From contig NC_087436.1 of assembly GCF_036321535.1 (NCBI RefSeq), positions 117,802,001 to 117,866,000 of the forward strand: a stretch of DNA of 64,000 bases, read 5' to 3'. The position numbers and the translations under genes are program-made. Below the pieces are notes generated by a model. The model ran no database searches. It saw only the letters and a program-made list of their open reading frames with translations, and was not told the DNA's origin. Position 1 is the first letter of the stretch, and every line of letters begins with the position of its first letter. Shown one piece after another: positions 1 through 11,749 of this stretch. This DNA is from Camelus dromedarius. Taxonomy: Eukaryota.

Positions 1-269
1 CACAAGAGTCCCCCACGATTTAGATGCCAGAGTTAGAGCTGCAGTTTCTTACTGTTTCTCTTTTGGCTTTTCCTAGGAAACAGTCTGAGGCCACTGAGGT
101 GAGAACAGAGACAAGCTCCCCCTTGATTGGAAATACAGAAGCACTTTTCCTCTGAGCAGAAGGTGCCCCCCGGCCCGTGGCGCGTGTTTAGGAAGGTCAG
201 ACAGGGGACATTTACCAAGGTCTGCTGAGCTATCTGCTCTACCCCTCTCATGTTTTTACATCCTCCAAC

Positions 270-410
270 CACCCTGGCAGGTGGATCTCAATGCCCTTAT
301 ATTACATGTGGGGAAACTGAGGCATGGGGAGGGTTTTTTGTTTGATTGTTTGTTTGTTTGTTTGTAATTTATCCACGGTCACAAACCCCACAGGTGGCAG
401 GACCTTGAAA
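270..410 (-). mobile_element. MIR SINE fragment
   Basis: Antisense MIR core ATTACATGTGGGGAAACTGAGGCA...GTAATTTATCCACGGTCACA, interrupted by (TTTG)n. Confidence 0.7.
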
Positions 411-422
411 AGGAGATGGTTC

Positions 423-1081
423 TATTAGAGCAGGCAGATAGCTAGATATGAGCAGAGAAAGGGGGACACAGACCAAATGGCAAGAATTAGGCAGAAAGGA
501 GGGGCACCAGCCAAATGCAGGAAACCACAGATCATGTAAGCACCAGGGGTCCCTTGGCAGAGAAAGAAAAGCAGGAACCTCTGGGCTAATGAGTGGTCAC
601 AACTTTTGGGGTGATGAGTGGCCTGGAGACCGACAAAGAAAGGTGAGAAAAGGCAGGAATTTCCAGTGTCCAAATGTAACCTTTTGCTAATTATGCCCTC
701 ATTTCAATAAAATTAGCCTTGCAGATCAGATGTACCCATCATGCACTGATGCCATGACACTTCCGATCCAGACTAAATAAGGACAAAAATCCCTCCTCCC
801 CTTGGGAAGGTGGAGTTGGGATGATAATCAGGGAATATGACCCTAAGCCCCTTCCTCCTCAATGAAAATTCCACCCACTCATTTTTACACCCTATGTAAC
901 TAACTTGCCAAAGAAACTCAGGGCAGCCGCTCACCTGAGCCTGCCCGCTCTCCCCTTGACAGTGTACTTATTCATCCTTTAATAAATTCTCACTTTACTT
1001 TTTTAACCATTATGTCTTGTCTCTGAATTCTTTCTGGGACGGGACAAGAACCTGGAGTACCGGCTGCATCTACTGGCAACA
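423..1081 (+). mobile_element. ERV1-class solo LTR
   Basis: Ends TATT...AACA (TGTT/AACA inverted termini with one change). Contains AATAAA at ~981 followed by the typical U5 tract TGTCTCTGAATTCTTTCTGGGACGGGACAAGAACC. No primer-binding site or internal sequence follows; TSD not clean. Confidence 0.8.
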
Positions 1082-1649
1082 TCTTCCCTCACCAGAGCTG
1101 CCCAAGAAACGGGATGGATTCTGTGGCTACTTCCTCCAGTATCATAGGAATGCTTTCCCCTCTTCCTCTCCTGACCCCCCAGAACTCCGTGGCATGAAGA
1201 CAGTCTTTTTTTCCACCACAACAATTTGCTTTCAGGGTTTTTCTCTGAGGCCGGTGGAGAAACATGGGTACGATCGCTTTTCATGGCTCGGTTACCCAGC
1301 AATCTGCAATTACAAGATGGTGGGAAAGCTTCCTCTTACTCTGTGGTAACTGGGGGCAAATCCTGGACTGCTCTCAGCGGACCAGTCTCCGCGCGTCTGG
1401 GACTGGGCAGTACCCACACCCGGATCAGTGCCTCAGCCCCTCGGAGTGGATACAGAGGGTCTCATCCCAGAGAATCACACAAAAACAGCAAAACCGCTTG
1501 AGTCTGTTGTGGGAAGGAAATACTTTACGATTTTGGGTAAGTTCCTCATACTAAAAGCACCAAGCTGCTTCCTACTTATCATTTAAAAAATTGTTTTTAA
1601 ATATTTTTTCCTCTAAATAAGAAGTCTTATGAGATAAGGCTTACATAAG

Positions 1650-1830
1650 CTTTGGCTTTCGGCATCCGTGTGTCAAGTCTGGCACTAATACACTATCAGG
1701 CACGTCATATAACCTCTCTGGGCCTCAGCTTCCCCAGCTCTGGAAGGGGCTGAACCCCTTCTGCCCTCGGTTGCTGCGGAGGCTGACTGCATTCATGGAG
1801 GTGTTAGGTCAGAGAGCTGAACCCATGTGA
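1650..1830 (+). mobile_element. MIR SINE
   Basis: AACCTCTCTGGGCCTCAGCTTCCCCAGCTCTGGAAGGGG core. Confidence 0.65.
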
Positions 1831-1919
1831 AGTATTACTATTTCATAGTTACAATAGATGGATCTTAGGACATGATAAGGAACTTTGCCCCTTCTGAGAA
1901 GGGGCTGAACAGATCACAA

Positions 1920-2400
1920 AATTCATGGCGACACAGGCAACCGAAATTCTTACAAAGGATGATCGGAATCCAGTCTGCAGCGCAGGGCGCGCGTCTGCAC
2001 GGAGCACCAATTCTACATGGCGGTGGGGATGCGGAGGTCCCCATCCGGGGGCAGCTTTTCAAATCCCGCGAGATCAGGCGGCAGGCTCAGCAGCCCTGCC
2101 ACATCCGCGCGTGGTCTCGGAACCTCCTTCCAGGGTTCGAGTCCTGACCCTGCGGGTTTCTAGGTGTGACTTTGAGCAGCTGCTTTTCACCTCTCGGTGG
2201 GTGCCTGGGTCATCAGTAAAGCGAGGCTGGCGGTGGCGACGGTGGAAGACTGTTCTCGTGCGGTTGTTGGGAGGGTTAAGAGCTACTGTACACGGAGCGT
2301 GGTCCTTTCCGGCATGTCCCATCCACGGAGTGACTCCTCTGCAGGCTCGCGGTCTCCGTACCTCCTGCCCAGTGATCACAGGGCCAGCTCCTTCTGTCTG
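1920..2400. promoter_or_regulatory. CpG-island-like segment, possible promoter or enhancer
   Basis: About 34 CpGs counted by eye in 1921-2400, including CGCGCG runs; TTCAAATCCCGCGAGA motif at 2058-2073. Confidence 0.5.
2130..2290 (+). mobile_element. MIR SINE with unusually many CpGs
   Basis: GGGTTCGAGTCCTG...TAGGTGTGACTTTGAGCA...CATCAGTAAA...GGTTGTTGGGAGGGTTAA follows MIR colinearly. Confidence 0.65.
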
Positions 2401-4319
2401 TGACAGTCTGGAAGGCGAGGGACAGAGCCCAGCCCCTTCCAGAGGCCTCCACCAGTGCACCCAGGCTTTGGCGGAATTGCTGGAGGTCGAACTGTCTAGG
2501 GTGGAGGGTGACGGCCCCGCAGGGATAGCACTCCATCTTTGGTCGGACTGGGGGTCCCCTGTGTTGTTCAGATCTTGAGCCTTCACGGGAGGGCATCCCT
2601 CGCCCCTGCCCCACCGCCTTGCCCCCGGCCCTGACCCAGGTCCTTTTTCAAGTCTCTCCGTATGACACTCCAGCCCTCTTTCTGGAAACGCGGATTCATG
2701 CCACAGCATGAATCTCACCCTCCGGCTCACCCTGGAGCTACCCCGAGCCCTGCAGCTGAGGGTCGTGTCTCAGCCTTCACCCAGGCGGGGTGCCTGCTGC
2801 TTTTTCCTGCCCGGTGTCTCTGGGGTGGGCCGGCTGGCCAGCCAGGGTGATCACACACCTCCGTTCTGAGCCTCCACGTCTGCGTTCCCTCCCCGGCCTG
2901 CCTTTCAGAGATGGGTGTCGCTTGTCTTCGGTGACCCCATAGGCCATTTCCCTCTCGAGAAAAGATGGCCTCCTCCTCCTGAGCCTGGAACCCCAGCCTT
3001 GGAAACAAGAGGCTCCTTTATTCTCTATGACTTTTCTCTTGGAGCGTTTTGACTGGTGAGTGAGGACTGCTCTGAGTGCATCCTTGAGCCCAGCATCTCT
3101 CTGATGGTGCTGGTTTGGAGGGAGAGCAGCTGGATCACCCAGGCTGACAGCCCTCCTTCACTGCTGGCTCCCCTCCTCTGCGCTTCATCTGGGTCAATGG
3201 TACCACGGTCTGCTGGCTCACCCAAGTCATTATCTGGCTGTCATATTTGATTCTTCCCCCTCCCTGGCTCCCTTTGCCCAACTGGGCAGAGGCATCTCTT
3301 GGATTCGTCGTTCGACAAACTTTGGGTCCCTGCCATGTGTCCAGCACTGGGCTCTGGGGGGACCACCCTGTCCCTGTGCTCACCAGCTTGCCATCCAGAG
3401 GAGATCAAGTCACAGAGAAGATCACTGAGTTGGTAAGCTATCCGCTGTACACTGCAGATGATGGAAGCAGAGTGGGAAAGAGACTGGGGCTCAGAGAGGC
3501 TCACACCGTCACATGGATGAAGTCCCGTATGCAGCCGTGCTGGAAATCCTATCTATCCCTGGACTGTGGTGGGTCCACTGGGCACACAGTTAGGACAGGG
3601 CCCCTTCCCTGGCTTCACAGGGGTGGGCTCCGCCGTCCCCACGGGCTATTCCAGCCCCAGAGTTCCCTGGGCCAGGATTAAATGTTAATTTATCATGGGG
3701 TCTGCTGAAGGCATCTCTGGTTGCAGGCCGCAAGGCAGATTACTCTGGAATCTCAGTGGAATGAATCAGAGGCCCGCTTTTGGCAGACGGCATCTGAGAC
3801 TTAACCAGGGAAAGATGACAGTTTATGCTGTGTGGAAGAGAATGATAGCCCTCTTGTTTTACTGCCAGAAGGACACTGAGGGGCAGGGGCCTGCAGATGG
3901 AAAACCGAAGCTGTGTCGGCTGGAAAACTTTTGTTTTTATTTATGAGACTGATTTGTATATGTTAAGGCCAATTGGTAGAAATTGGTCCATTTGCAAATT
4001 GGCAGACAGAGAAAACTCTTGATTTAGGATGAAAAGCAATGAAGCTAAGGCAATAAAAAGAGAATCACTTTCATTAAGTTTAAAAAAAAAAAAGCAGACA
4101 ACTCCTCAAGCTTTTTTATTCCTTCTTAAATTCTTCAGTTCTCCCATTGCAAAAGAGTTTGAGATAGTTTACAGAGACACAATATGATGGGATAAAAAAA
4201 AATAGATTAAGAAATCAGGAAAAAGGAACAGAGAGAACTGGGTAGTAGGATAAAGCCGGAGAAAAGATAATACGCAAAAATATACTATACTTCAGGGGGC
4301 ATTCAGAATAGTTCATTTT

Positions 4320-4980
4320 TTAAATTTTTAATCAAAGTATAACATACAGATATTAAGTATAAAACTCTTAGATGTTCAGCTCAGCTCGATGAATCTTTGC
4401 CTGTGTACATACCCAGGAACCACCACCTAGAGAAAGGCAGAGAACTTGCTGCATCCTGGTAGCCTTTCTCTTGAGGCAGCATTACTGACAAGACAACCAC
4501 TGTTTGGCCTTTTTTCACCATATATTCATTTTGCTTATCCTTAAAACTTCATGTAAATAGAACCATGCAGCAAGTACTGTTTTGTGTCTGGCTTATTTCT
4601 CTTGATCATGCATCCATAATATTCATCCATGTTGGTACATGGAACTGGTGTCTGTTCTTTTTCACCGCTGTGTAGTATTCCCTCAAATGCTGGAATGTAC
4701 TTACTGGTGAGGAATACTGGGGTCATTTCTACTTTGGGGCCATTATGCAGAAAGCTGCTGTGAACCTTCTCAGGGGAACATAAGCACTCATTTCTGCTGG
4801 ATATATGCTCGGGAATGGGGTTGCTGGGGCATATGGTTTGTATACGTTTGGCTTTTGTAGAAAATGCCAAACATTTTCCCTACATGATTATGCCATTTTA
4901 GACTTCCATCAGCAGTGCAGAATTTCTCCACATCCTTGCCCACACTTGGTGTTGTCAGTCTTTTTAGTTTTAGCCATTCC
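4320..4980 (-). mobile_element. Old L1M (L1MB/MC/ME-like) 3' end
   Basis: Antisense L1 motifs TTTTGTGTCTGGCTTATTTC, CATCCATGTTG, GCTGCTGTGAAC, TTTCTCCACATCCTTGCCCACACTTGGT, TTTTAGCCATTC. Confidence 0.85.
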
Positions 4981-5109
4981 CATCAAAGCATAGTGTTTCT
5001 AGAAGACATTTTTTTCCCTTCTCAGCAATCATTTCCCCTTCAATGAGCAAAAGCATTGAGTTCCAGTGGCATCCACCATTTACTTTCCCATGGAGGAGCA
5101 CATGACCCA

Positions 5110-5420
5110 GAGGTAAGCCAATCGATGTATCATTTCCCCTGATATGGTAATTACTTTGGTAGGAACCACTTTGATGAACCAATAAGAATCTCCAGGCTTT
5201 TGCTGGGAATTTGGGTGCATCTGGAAAGTATTCTTCAGCTGCAGAGGAGAGCTGGTCTACGAATAGAGTCAATATGAGATTGTGAACTGAGAGGGAAAGA
5301 GCAAAAGCAGCTCTCAAAGACACTGATCCCCAATTCCAGTTGTGCCTGAAACTACATCTGCCTCTATAGGCAGTATTTTCCCTTTCATGCATAAGCCAGG
5401 TTGAATCAAGTTTTCAAGGA
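5110..5420 (+). mobile_element. MLT1 (MaLR LTR, MLT1J-like) fragment
   Basis: AAGCCAATC...GGCTTTTGCTGGGAAT...TCCAGTTGTGCCTGAA...AAGCCAGGTTGAATCAAGTTTTC. Confidence 0.55.
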
Positions 5421-5439
5421 CTCATCCTATTTAATTGTC

Positions 5440-5842
5440 CCTCAAGTCCTAAAACTCCACCTCAGCATTCTTGCAAATACAGCTCAGGGCTTCCTCCAGA
5501 TGTGAACCTCTGTTCCCCATGCTCAGAGCCTACCCAGGGGCCACCCTCTCCCCATGCATTGTTCTCTCTCTGCATTCCTTAGACCTCCCCTTAAACATCC
5601 CTCTTCCAGGCAGCAGATCCAGCTCTGGTATTCTCCTTTCTTCCACGTGGTACTGTTGTAGTTCTTTCACAGTCTATTCAATTATCACTTATTGATGGAA
5701 TCCTCCACCTGTCTGATTTCCACAAGGTCAGGGATAATCTTTGTTTTGTGCCCACCAGAATCTGCATACCCAGCACAGCGCCTGACCCCTCAAGGCCTAT
5801 GGTCAATGTATGTTGAATGAATGAATGAATGAATGAATGAAT
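5440..5842 (+). mobile_element. L2 LINE 3' end
   Basis: CCCAGCACAGCGCCTGAC...AATGTATGTTGAATGAATGAATG terminal (TGAA)n. Confidence 0.75.
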
Positions 5843-8789
5843 ACGGCTGTATCTCAGTGGTGATCTGGGCTCCCATCTCCTTGGCACCGGGTGACCCAGT
5901 TGTCAGATCAGCTCCCCGAGCTCCAATCTGCATGTCTTAGTCTGGATTCTCCCGGAAGCAGAGCATGAGACACAGATCTGAGGGTCAAGGGAAAGTGAGA
6001 TGGGAAAGGGAGGACAGTCAGTGAAGAGCACACTCTAAAGCAGGTCGCGGCTCGCGTCCGCTGGAAGCTCTGGGAAAGAGTGTAGACAAACAGCTCAGAA
6101 TTACCCTGCCAGAGGGAGAGGGGGCTGAGGTAGTCATACCCCAAGCTCCCTGCACTGCCCGGGGGCTGCTCCTGGGAGGTACGAATTCCTGGCACTTTTC
6201 TGCCTCTGGTGGCCAGAGAAAGCCCTCCGTCAAAGAAACACAAGTGCTGGTAATGGGAAATGGGCAGCACGTTCCGAGGCAGTGAGGGTGTTGGGTTGTG
6301 GACGTGGCAACCCTAGTGTCTGCCCCGCAGCCCGACTCCAGCCCCTTCCCGTGACCAATGTCCTGAGGAAGCCATTTCCGAGGGCCGAGCACCTGCTTCA
6401 CGCCTGGCTGAACCCACCGCCTCCTTTGCTGCTGTGACGTCATGCAGTTCACCAGGATGCTTTTCGGAGATGAGCTTCTGTTTACTCATCCACGACGCGG
6501 GGTCGAAGTCCGCACCGGCAGTGTGGCTGGCGGGGCCACACGCCGTGATGGCCGCTCAGCTCCTGGTGGGGGCTCTGGCCCACAGCAAGTGTTCTAGTGT
6601 AAATTTCCTACCTCTCAGCCCCGATGGCTGTATCTTCCCGCAGGCTCGCACCTCGGGCTCCAGGTTCAGACAGCAAAATAGAAGTTCAGCGCGACAAGTC
6701 TGGAGCAAGGATGGCTCCTGGACCTCTCATCTCCAGGCTCCTATAATGGCACTTTATGGGAGGACACACCTTTCCTACTATGCGCACCGAGGGCCCCACG
6801 GCTGGGGATGGCCCATGGCCAAGAGAGGATTAGACCATTTCTGAAAAATCTTAAGCAAACAAATAAATAACCATCCCCCCCAGCCACCCAGTGGAGAATG
6901 CCTTCTCAGTTTAATTCCAAACAGCCCCTCTTTGTGGGCCAGGCAGCCGCAGGGACCCTGAACAGGCTTCCCTTTGGATTCTGGCAGAAGACGGTTAGAA
7001 ATGCCAGGGGGACAGCTCCCATCTCCAGGAAGGATAAAATTGCCATGACTTCTCCAGGGCTCGAGGCCTCTACAGTTGCAAAGACTTTTCATATCCAGCT
7101 CTCCTTTGATCCTTGAAACCAGCCCTACTGTGAGCAAGCCAGAGGGGCCTCATTATATCTGTTTTCACCAGAGAGGGAGCACTAGCCCTCAACAGCCACA
7201 CAGCAAGGTACAGCAGAGCCAGAATGGGGACCCAGCCTCCCGACTCCTGCACCCCAATATCAAACCCTGACATTCCGGAAGGGAGGCGACGCCAGTCCCT
7301 TCCTGCCTTTAAAGAGACCTCTCTTTTTGTCCCCACCCCCTTCTTTTTAGTAAGTAGAACCATTAGTTTTTATTGACGGGACTAATGCTTTTCATTTAGG
7401 GCCAATTACAATAGGAAGGGAGACGCTTAAGGGTAACTGGGTGATGAAAGGCCCCCATTAGGGAACAAGCTCCGAGCTGCTGTTTCCCATTTGTAATGCT
7501 GGTTCCACATGCGAGTCATATTTAAGCCATAAACGGTGGCGCCCAGGGAGCACTCACAGATTGCCTTGAGAAACCCAATACTTTTATCAAATCGCCAGAT
7601 GGCCCCGTATTAGAGAAACCATTTATTTAATTTATTTTTTCCCCTCAGAGCCGCTTAGATTCTCAGCAGCCGGCTCCACCTAACCCCGTGGACCTTCCAG
7701 TAGCATCTATGCTCCGGCTTGAAATAATTGTCCTTTGGGTTTTACTGGCGCCCCCATGGCTGCTTGTAAACTCTTGCTCATTGGTCCTCCCCTCCTCCCT
7801 CCTTTTTTTTTTTTTTTTTTCAATTTTGTTTAGGAGGACAGAAGATGAAGAGGCACTCAGTGCTTACCCAGTCCTGGTTGCTGGTCCCACCCTTCATTTA
7901 CCTGGAATCCTCTGGCCCTTGCAAAACTCCTTCAATACACCCATTTCACAGATGAGATCATGGAGGCTGGGGGTGGGGCGTAGCTTGCCAGGAAATGACA
8001 GAGGAAGGATGCCAACCCAGGATTGTCTGCCTCTTTCCAGGGCTGCAAATAATTTGGGATCTACGCTGAAAATTCCTAATAGTCTGATATGTGTATTTAC
8101 ATAGTATTTTTTTCCCCTTTAAACCAGAGACTTGGCAGGCCCGGTGATTACGTAGAGGAGCCCCAGATGATTACGGTGTGGTGTCTGGGCTTCGTGGAAG
8201 CTTTTGGCATTTGTGGTTGACTTTTTTTTTTTCTTTAAGGTTTGTGAAAGGAAACTGGCGCTTGCCCTAAGGGAGCTGAGCGAGTAGGGGCTGGAGAGCT
8301 GGGTTGAGGAGCGGGGATAATGTGGGCTGGAGGCGCGGGAGGGAGGGGAGAGTGAACACAAACAGAGAAATGAAGAGCATAAACACAAATCAGCCCCGGA
8401 CAGAGGCTCAGAGGGATGGGCAGGATGGGAATTCTAGCTGGGGCGGGTGGAAAACGAAGAAGGAGGTTGGAATCTGCTTTGAATCCTGCAGGCGGGTTGA
8501 CTCCAAGGGGGTGGGAAAGTCCGGGCATGCTGAGGGAGGAGGGTGGAATTCTCTTGCCTCAGGCTTGCAATGCTTGCGACGTGGTTCCCAGGAGGAAGAT
8601 GGGGAGAGTCCACGTCCACTGTGTCGGGAAGAGCCCAGGCAAAGCCCAGGAACTGTAATGATGAACCCAAATTCCACGGAGTGGGTGCAGATGAGCAACG
8701 GGCTAGATGCTCTCCGTGTGCTGGGGGCGGGGGCGCTGGAGCGGAGAAGAGCCGCCCACAGTTGTGTTCCTATTTCATCTGAGCCACAA

Positions 8790-8910
8790 CCCTTTGTAGC
8801 ACCGAGATTAGCCTCATTTTAGAGATGGGGAAGTTGAGGTGCGGGGAAGTGAATCACTGACTAAAATCCTCTAGTGAGTAAGTGGGAGGCGGAGGTTTGA
8901 ACCCCTCTTC
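8790..8910 (-). mobile_element. MIR SINE
   Basis: CTCATTTTAGAGATGGGGAAGTTGAGG...AGTAAGTGGGAGGCGGAGGTTTGAACCC. Confidence 0.7.
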
Positions 8911-9009
8911 AAACTGCAGATTCCCTCCTCAGTGCACAGAACTGCCTCCCAGGTAGCAGCAGGGAAGAGGAAGGAGGCACCCGAGGAAGGAAGAGTCGCT
9001 CTGCTTGAC

Positions 9010-9260
9010 AAAGTCAGGGAAGGCTCCCAGGAGGTGGTGGCACCACATCCAAGTGTTGGCAGATGAAATCACCAGTCAGATGAGGGAGAGGGCTCGGAGG
9101 AGAGGCAGAGGGAATCACCCAGGCAAAGGTGTGGAGGTTTAACTGCACCCAGTGTGTTTGGGGACCCGACTGGAGTCTGGAGAGGCTGAGGCATGGGAAG
9201 GTTTTTTGGGGGGTGGAACAGAGACAAGAACCCCAAGTAGGCCTGCCTGTCACCAAGGCT
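9010..9260 (-). mobile_element. L2 fragment
   Basis: GTCAGGGAAGGCTCCCAGGAGGTGG...GGCAAAGGTGTGGAGG antisense L2 motifs. Confidence 0.6.
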
Positions 9261-10149
9261 GGTGATATGAGCTTCTGATTTTATTTTGAACTTGGCGTTT
9301 TGTAAGTGATTTCTGATGGAACAACAGAGCATGCGCACGAGCAGTGGCCATACGTACAGTAGAGGTATTTCCTGATGCTTTTTGCGGCCGGTTTGCACAG
9401 ACCTGAGGCTCCAGCAGTGCAGAATTCTGATGGATGGACCCAAATGTACGAGGGGTCAGTGAGACTCAAAGCAAGTAAAAAGTAAGATGATTACATGTAC
9501 AGACTGCGTGAGGGGGAGCGTTAACAGCTCCGCGCAGCTACACTTCCCATGATGACAGCACTTGCTTCGAACAGCACTTGCTTCAAACGCAGAAAGAAGA
9601 CAAAATATTCTAAGAAATACAAAGGATCCATGATATCCTTTCGTATTCATGTTACTTCCTTACATTAGCCAACTAATGCTGAAAAGGACGGCACTGGAGG
9701 GAAAGGAAGGCTAGGCTAGGTGACTCCCAGGTCCTTTTCCTTTCAGTGAGCTGAAGGTGGAGAGTGGGGATAGAATGTGCGTATGTCAAGAAGTGGGAAA
9801 AAAAAAAAAGTTAAGTTACTTTTGTGCTGTTTCCACTTTTCTGGTAAGAATGAAATACACATGAGCTATGAGATACGAATGTGCAATTCCTGCAATTTTG
9901 CCTATGAATCAAATATTCATATATATGTATTTAAAACCAGCATTGCACACTATGAAAATGAATGGTAAAAGTCATGCTAATAATATACAATTAATTTTTT
10001 TCATGAAATGTCAAGAGACACTGTGGAGAACTAGGAAGAGCTTATTGCTTCAGTACCAACCATGAATGGCACTTCCTCCCTGTTTTTGAACAAGGGGCTT
10101 GGAACTATCTCTAGAACAGCTTAGCAACTGGAGGGCTGTTCGCTTTGGG

Positions 10150-10570
10150 GTCATTCAATTGTCTGTTGGGACAATCACCTTCACAAGACTGGTACCTCCC
10201 TGGCCTCAGTTCCCTCATTGGTAAAAATGAAAAAAAAAAAGAGAGAGAGAGAGATAAAGCAGATCAGAATTATGGACAGAGACAAGTCTTGGTCAGGATG
10301 ACCTGGGTTGGAATCCTGGCTTTACCACCTCATAGCTGTGGCCTTGGATACCTTGTTTAATCTTTGGAAGCCTTGATTATTCTCATCTGAATGGCAAGGA
10401 CCCCAGTCTGACTACAGAGTGGCTGTGAGCTTTTGACAGGGAGCATTGAGTCTGGCAGCAAACTTGAACAAGTTGCCTCGCCACTGCTTCAATTTCTTCA
10501 AGGAGAAAATGAGGAAAACAATACTTCAGGGAGTTCTTGTGAGAGTGGCTTGGCAAGACAGATGGCAAAG
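10150..10570 (+). mobile_element. Cluster of three MIR fragments
   Basis: GGCCTCAGTTCCCTCATTGGTAAAAATG; CCTGGGTTGGAATCCTGGCTTTACCACCTCATAGCTGTGGCCTTGG; GCTTCAATTTCTTCAAGGAGAAAATGAGG. Confidence 0.65.
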
Positions 10571-10679
10571 TCGTGAATATTTGAGAAGTGATTGGCTATT
10601 ATTTTTAAGTGATTACAGTACAGAGATGTACAGCCACTGTGGCCACACTGATTTATCGGCTCCACTCCTGCCCATGCCA

Positions 10680-11100
10680 GCTCCTGGGGCAGCACTCCTC
10701 TGCTTCCGGGAAGTACTTCTGTCCCCTCAACACGTGGTCTCCAAGGCAGCCATTTTCCTACATGACTCCTCCCCTCAGCTCCTTGTTGATTGGTCCACAG
10801 GTGACCCGTAACCAAATCCTGGCCAATCAACTGCTGCCACCAGGATGTCCTGAGCTGAGAGCTGGTCGTCGTTTCTTGTGGTCTCCGCTTTAAGAGGCAA
10901 AGCCCAGGAGGCGTCAGAGGTGGAGTTTCCTGTCTGTTGCAGGAGCTTTCACCAGGGCAGGAGGAAGGGAGGACAGCAAGGAACACTGGAGCTCACAGGC
11001 CCCTGCTAGTAGCCCCCAGGCCCAGGCTTTGGCTGCCCTGCCTGTGGAGGTTGTGTCTTCCCATGGCTTTGGAGAGAAAATGCATTGCTGTTTAAAGGTT
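10680..11100 (+). mobile_element. Old MaLR/ERVL LTR fragment (MLT1-like)
   Basis: GTTGATTGGTCCACAGGTGACC...GGCCAATCA...AAAATGCATTGCTGTTTAA. Confidence 0.4.
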
Positions 11101-11544
11101 TTTTTTTTTTTTTTTTAATATTAAAACGGTTCATAGTCACCTGTTGCTTATAATGCAAACATTGCTGCTTAATCTATTTAATAAAATGTCTCTTTAAACT
11201 TTCAGCAAAAACATTGGGCAGCTGCCACCCAAGGGTGTGCTTGGAACCTGCCTTCCAGTGTCGCTCTGATATTCCCCAGGTGCGCACAGAAGAGGCTCAG
11301 AGGCCATCCCACCTAGGGGTCGGAGCCTTCCCAACATCGGAAAGGAAATAGCTAAATCATCTCCATTTTCAGGCAACTTGATCATCTATGCAGAAAATCC
11401 TGTGGAATCTACAGAAAAGCTGCTATAACTAATCAGTGAATTTTGCAAAGTTTTCAGGTTACAAGATCAATTCATGTCAACATACCGTCTTTCTATGTAC
11501 TAGCAATGAACCCTGGGAAACTGAAATTTTAAAATACTGTATGT

Positions 11545-11749
11545 CAGGGGTCAGCTAACGTTTTCTGTCATGGACCAGAGAATGGGCTTGTGGCCTACAG
11601 ACAGTCTTTGCCACAACTGCTTTACTCTGTAGTTGTAGGGCAAAGGCAGCCTCACAATATGTAAATAAATGGGTGTGGCTGTGTTTCAATGGAAGTTTGT
11701 TGAGGAAAACCGGCAGCAGGGTGAGATTTTGCCAGTTGGCCAACCCCTG
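11545..11749 (+). mobile_element. MER58A (hAT-Charlie MITE) inserted in L1
   Basis: Inverted termini CAGGGGTCAGC...GGCCAACCCCTG; internal AAATGGGTGTGGCTGTGTTTCAAT; degenerate 8-bp TSD CTGTATGT/CCGTATAC. Confidence 0.85.

Noticed and set aside
1925..2730. Longest ORFs (217 aa plus, 218 aa minus)
   Set aside because: Overlapping ORFs on both strands in GC-rich DNA that run through a MIR; no recognisable domain
7590..7606. CTCF-like motif TCGCCAGATGGCCCC (and CCGCAGAGGGGGG at ~29054)
   Set aside because: Partial matches only; cannot be supported without position-weight-matrix scoring or ChIP
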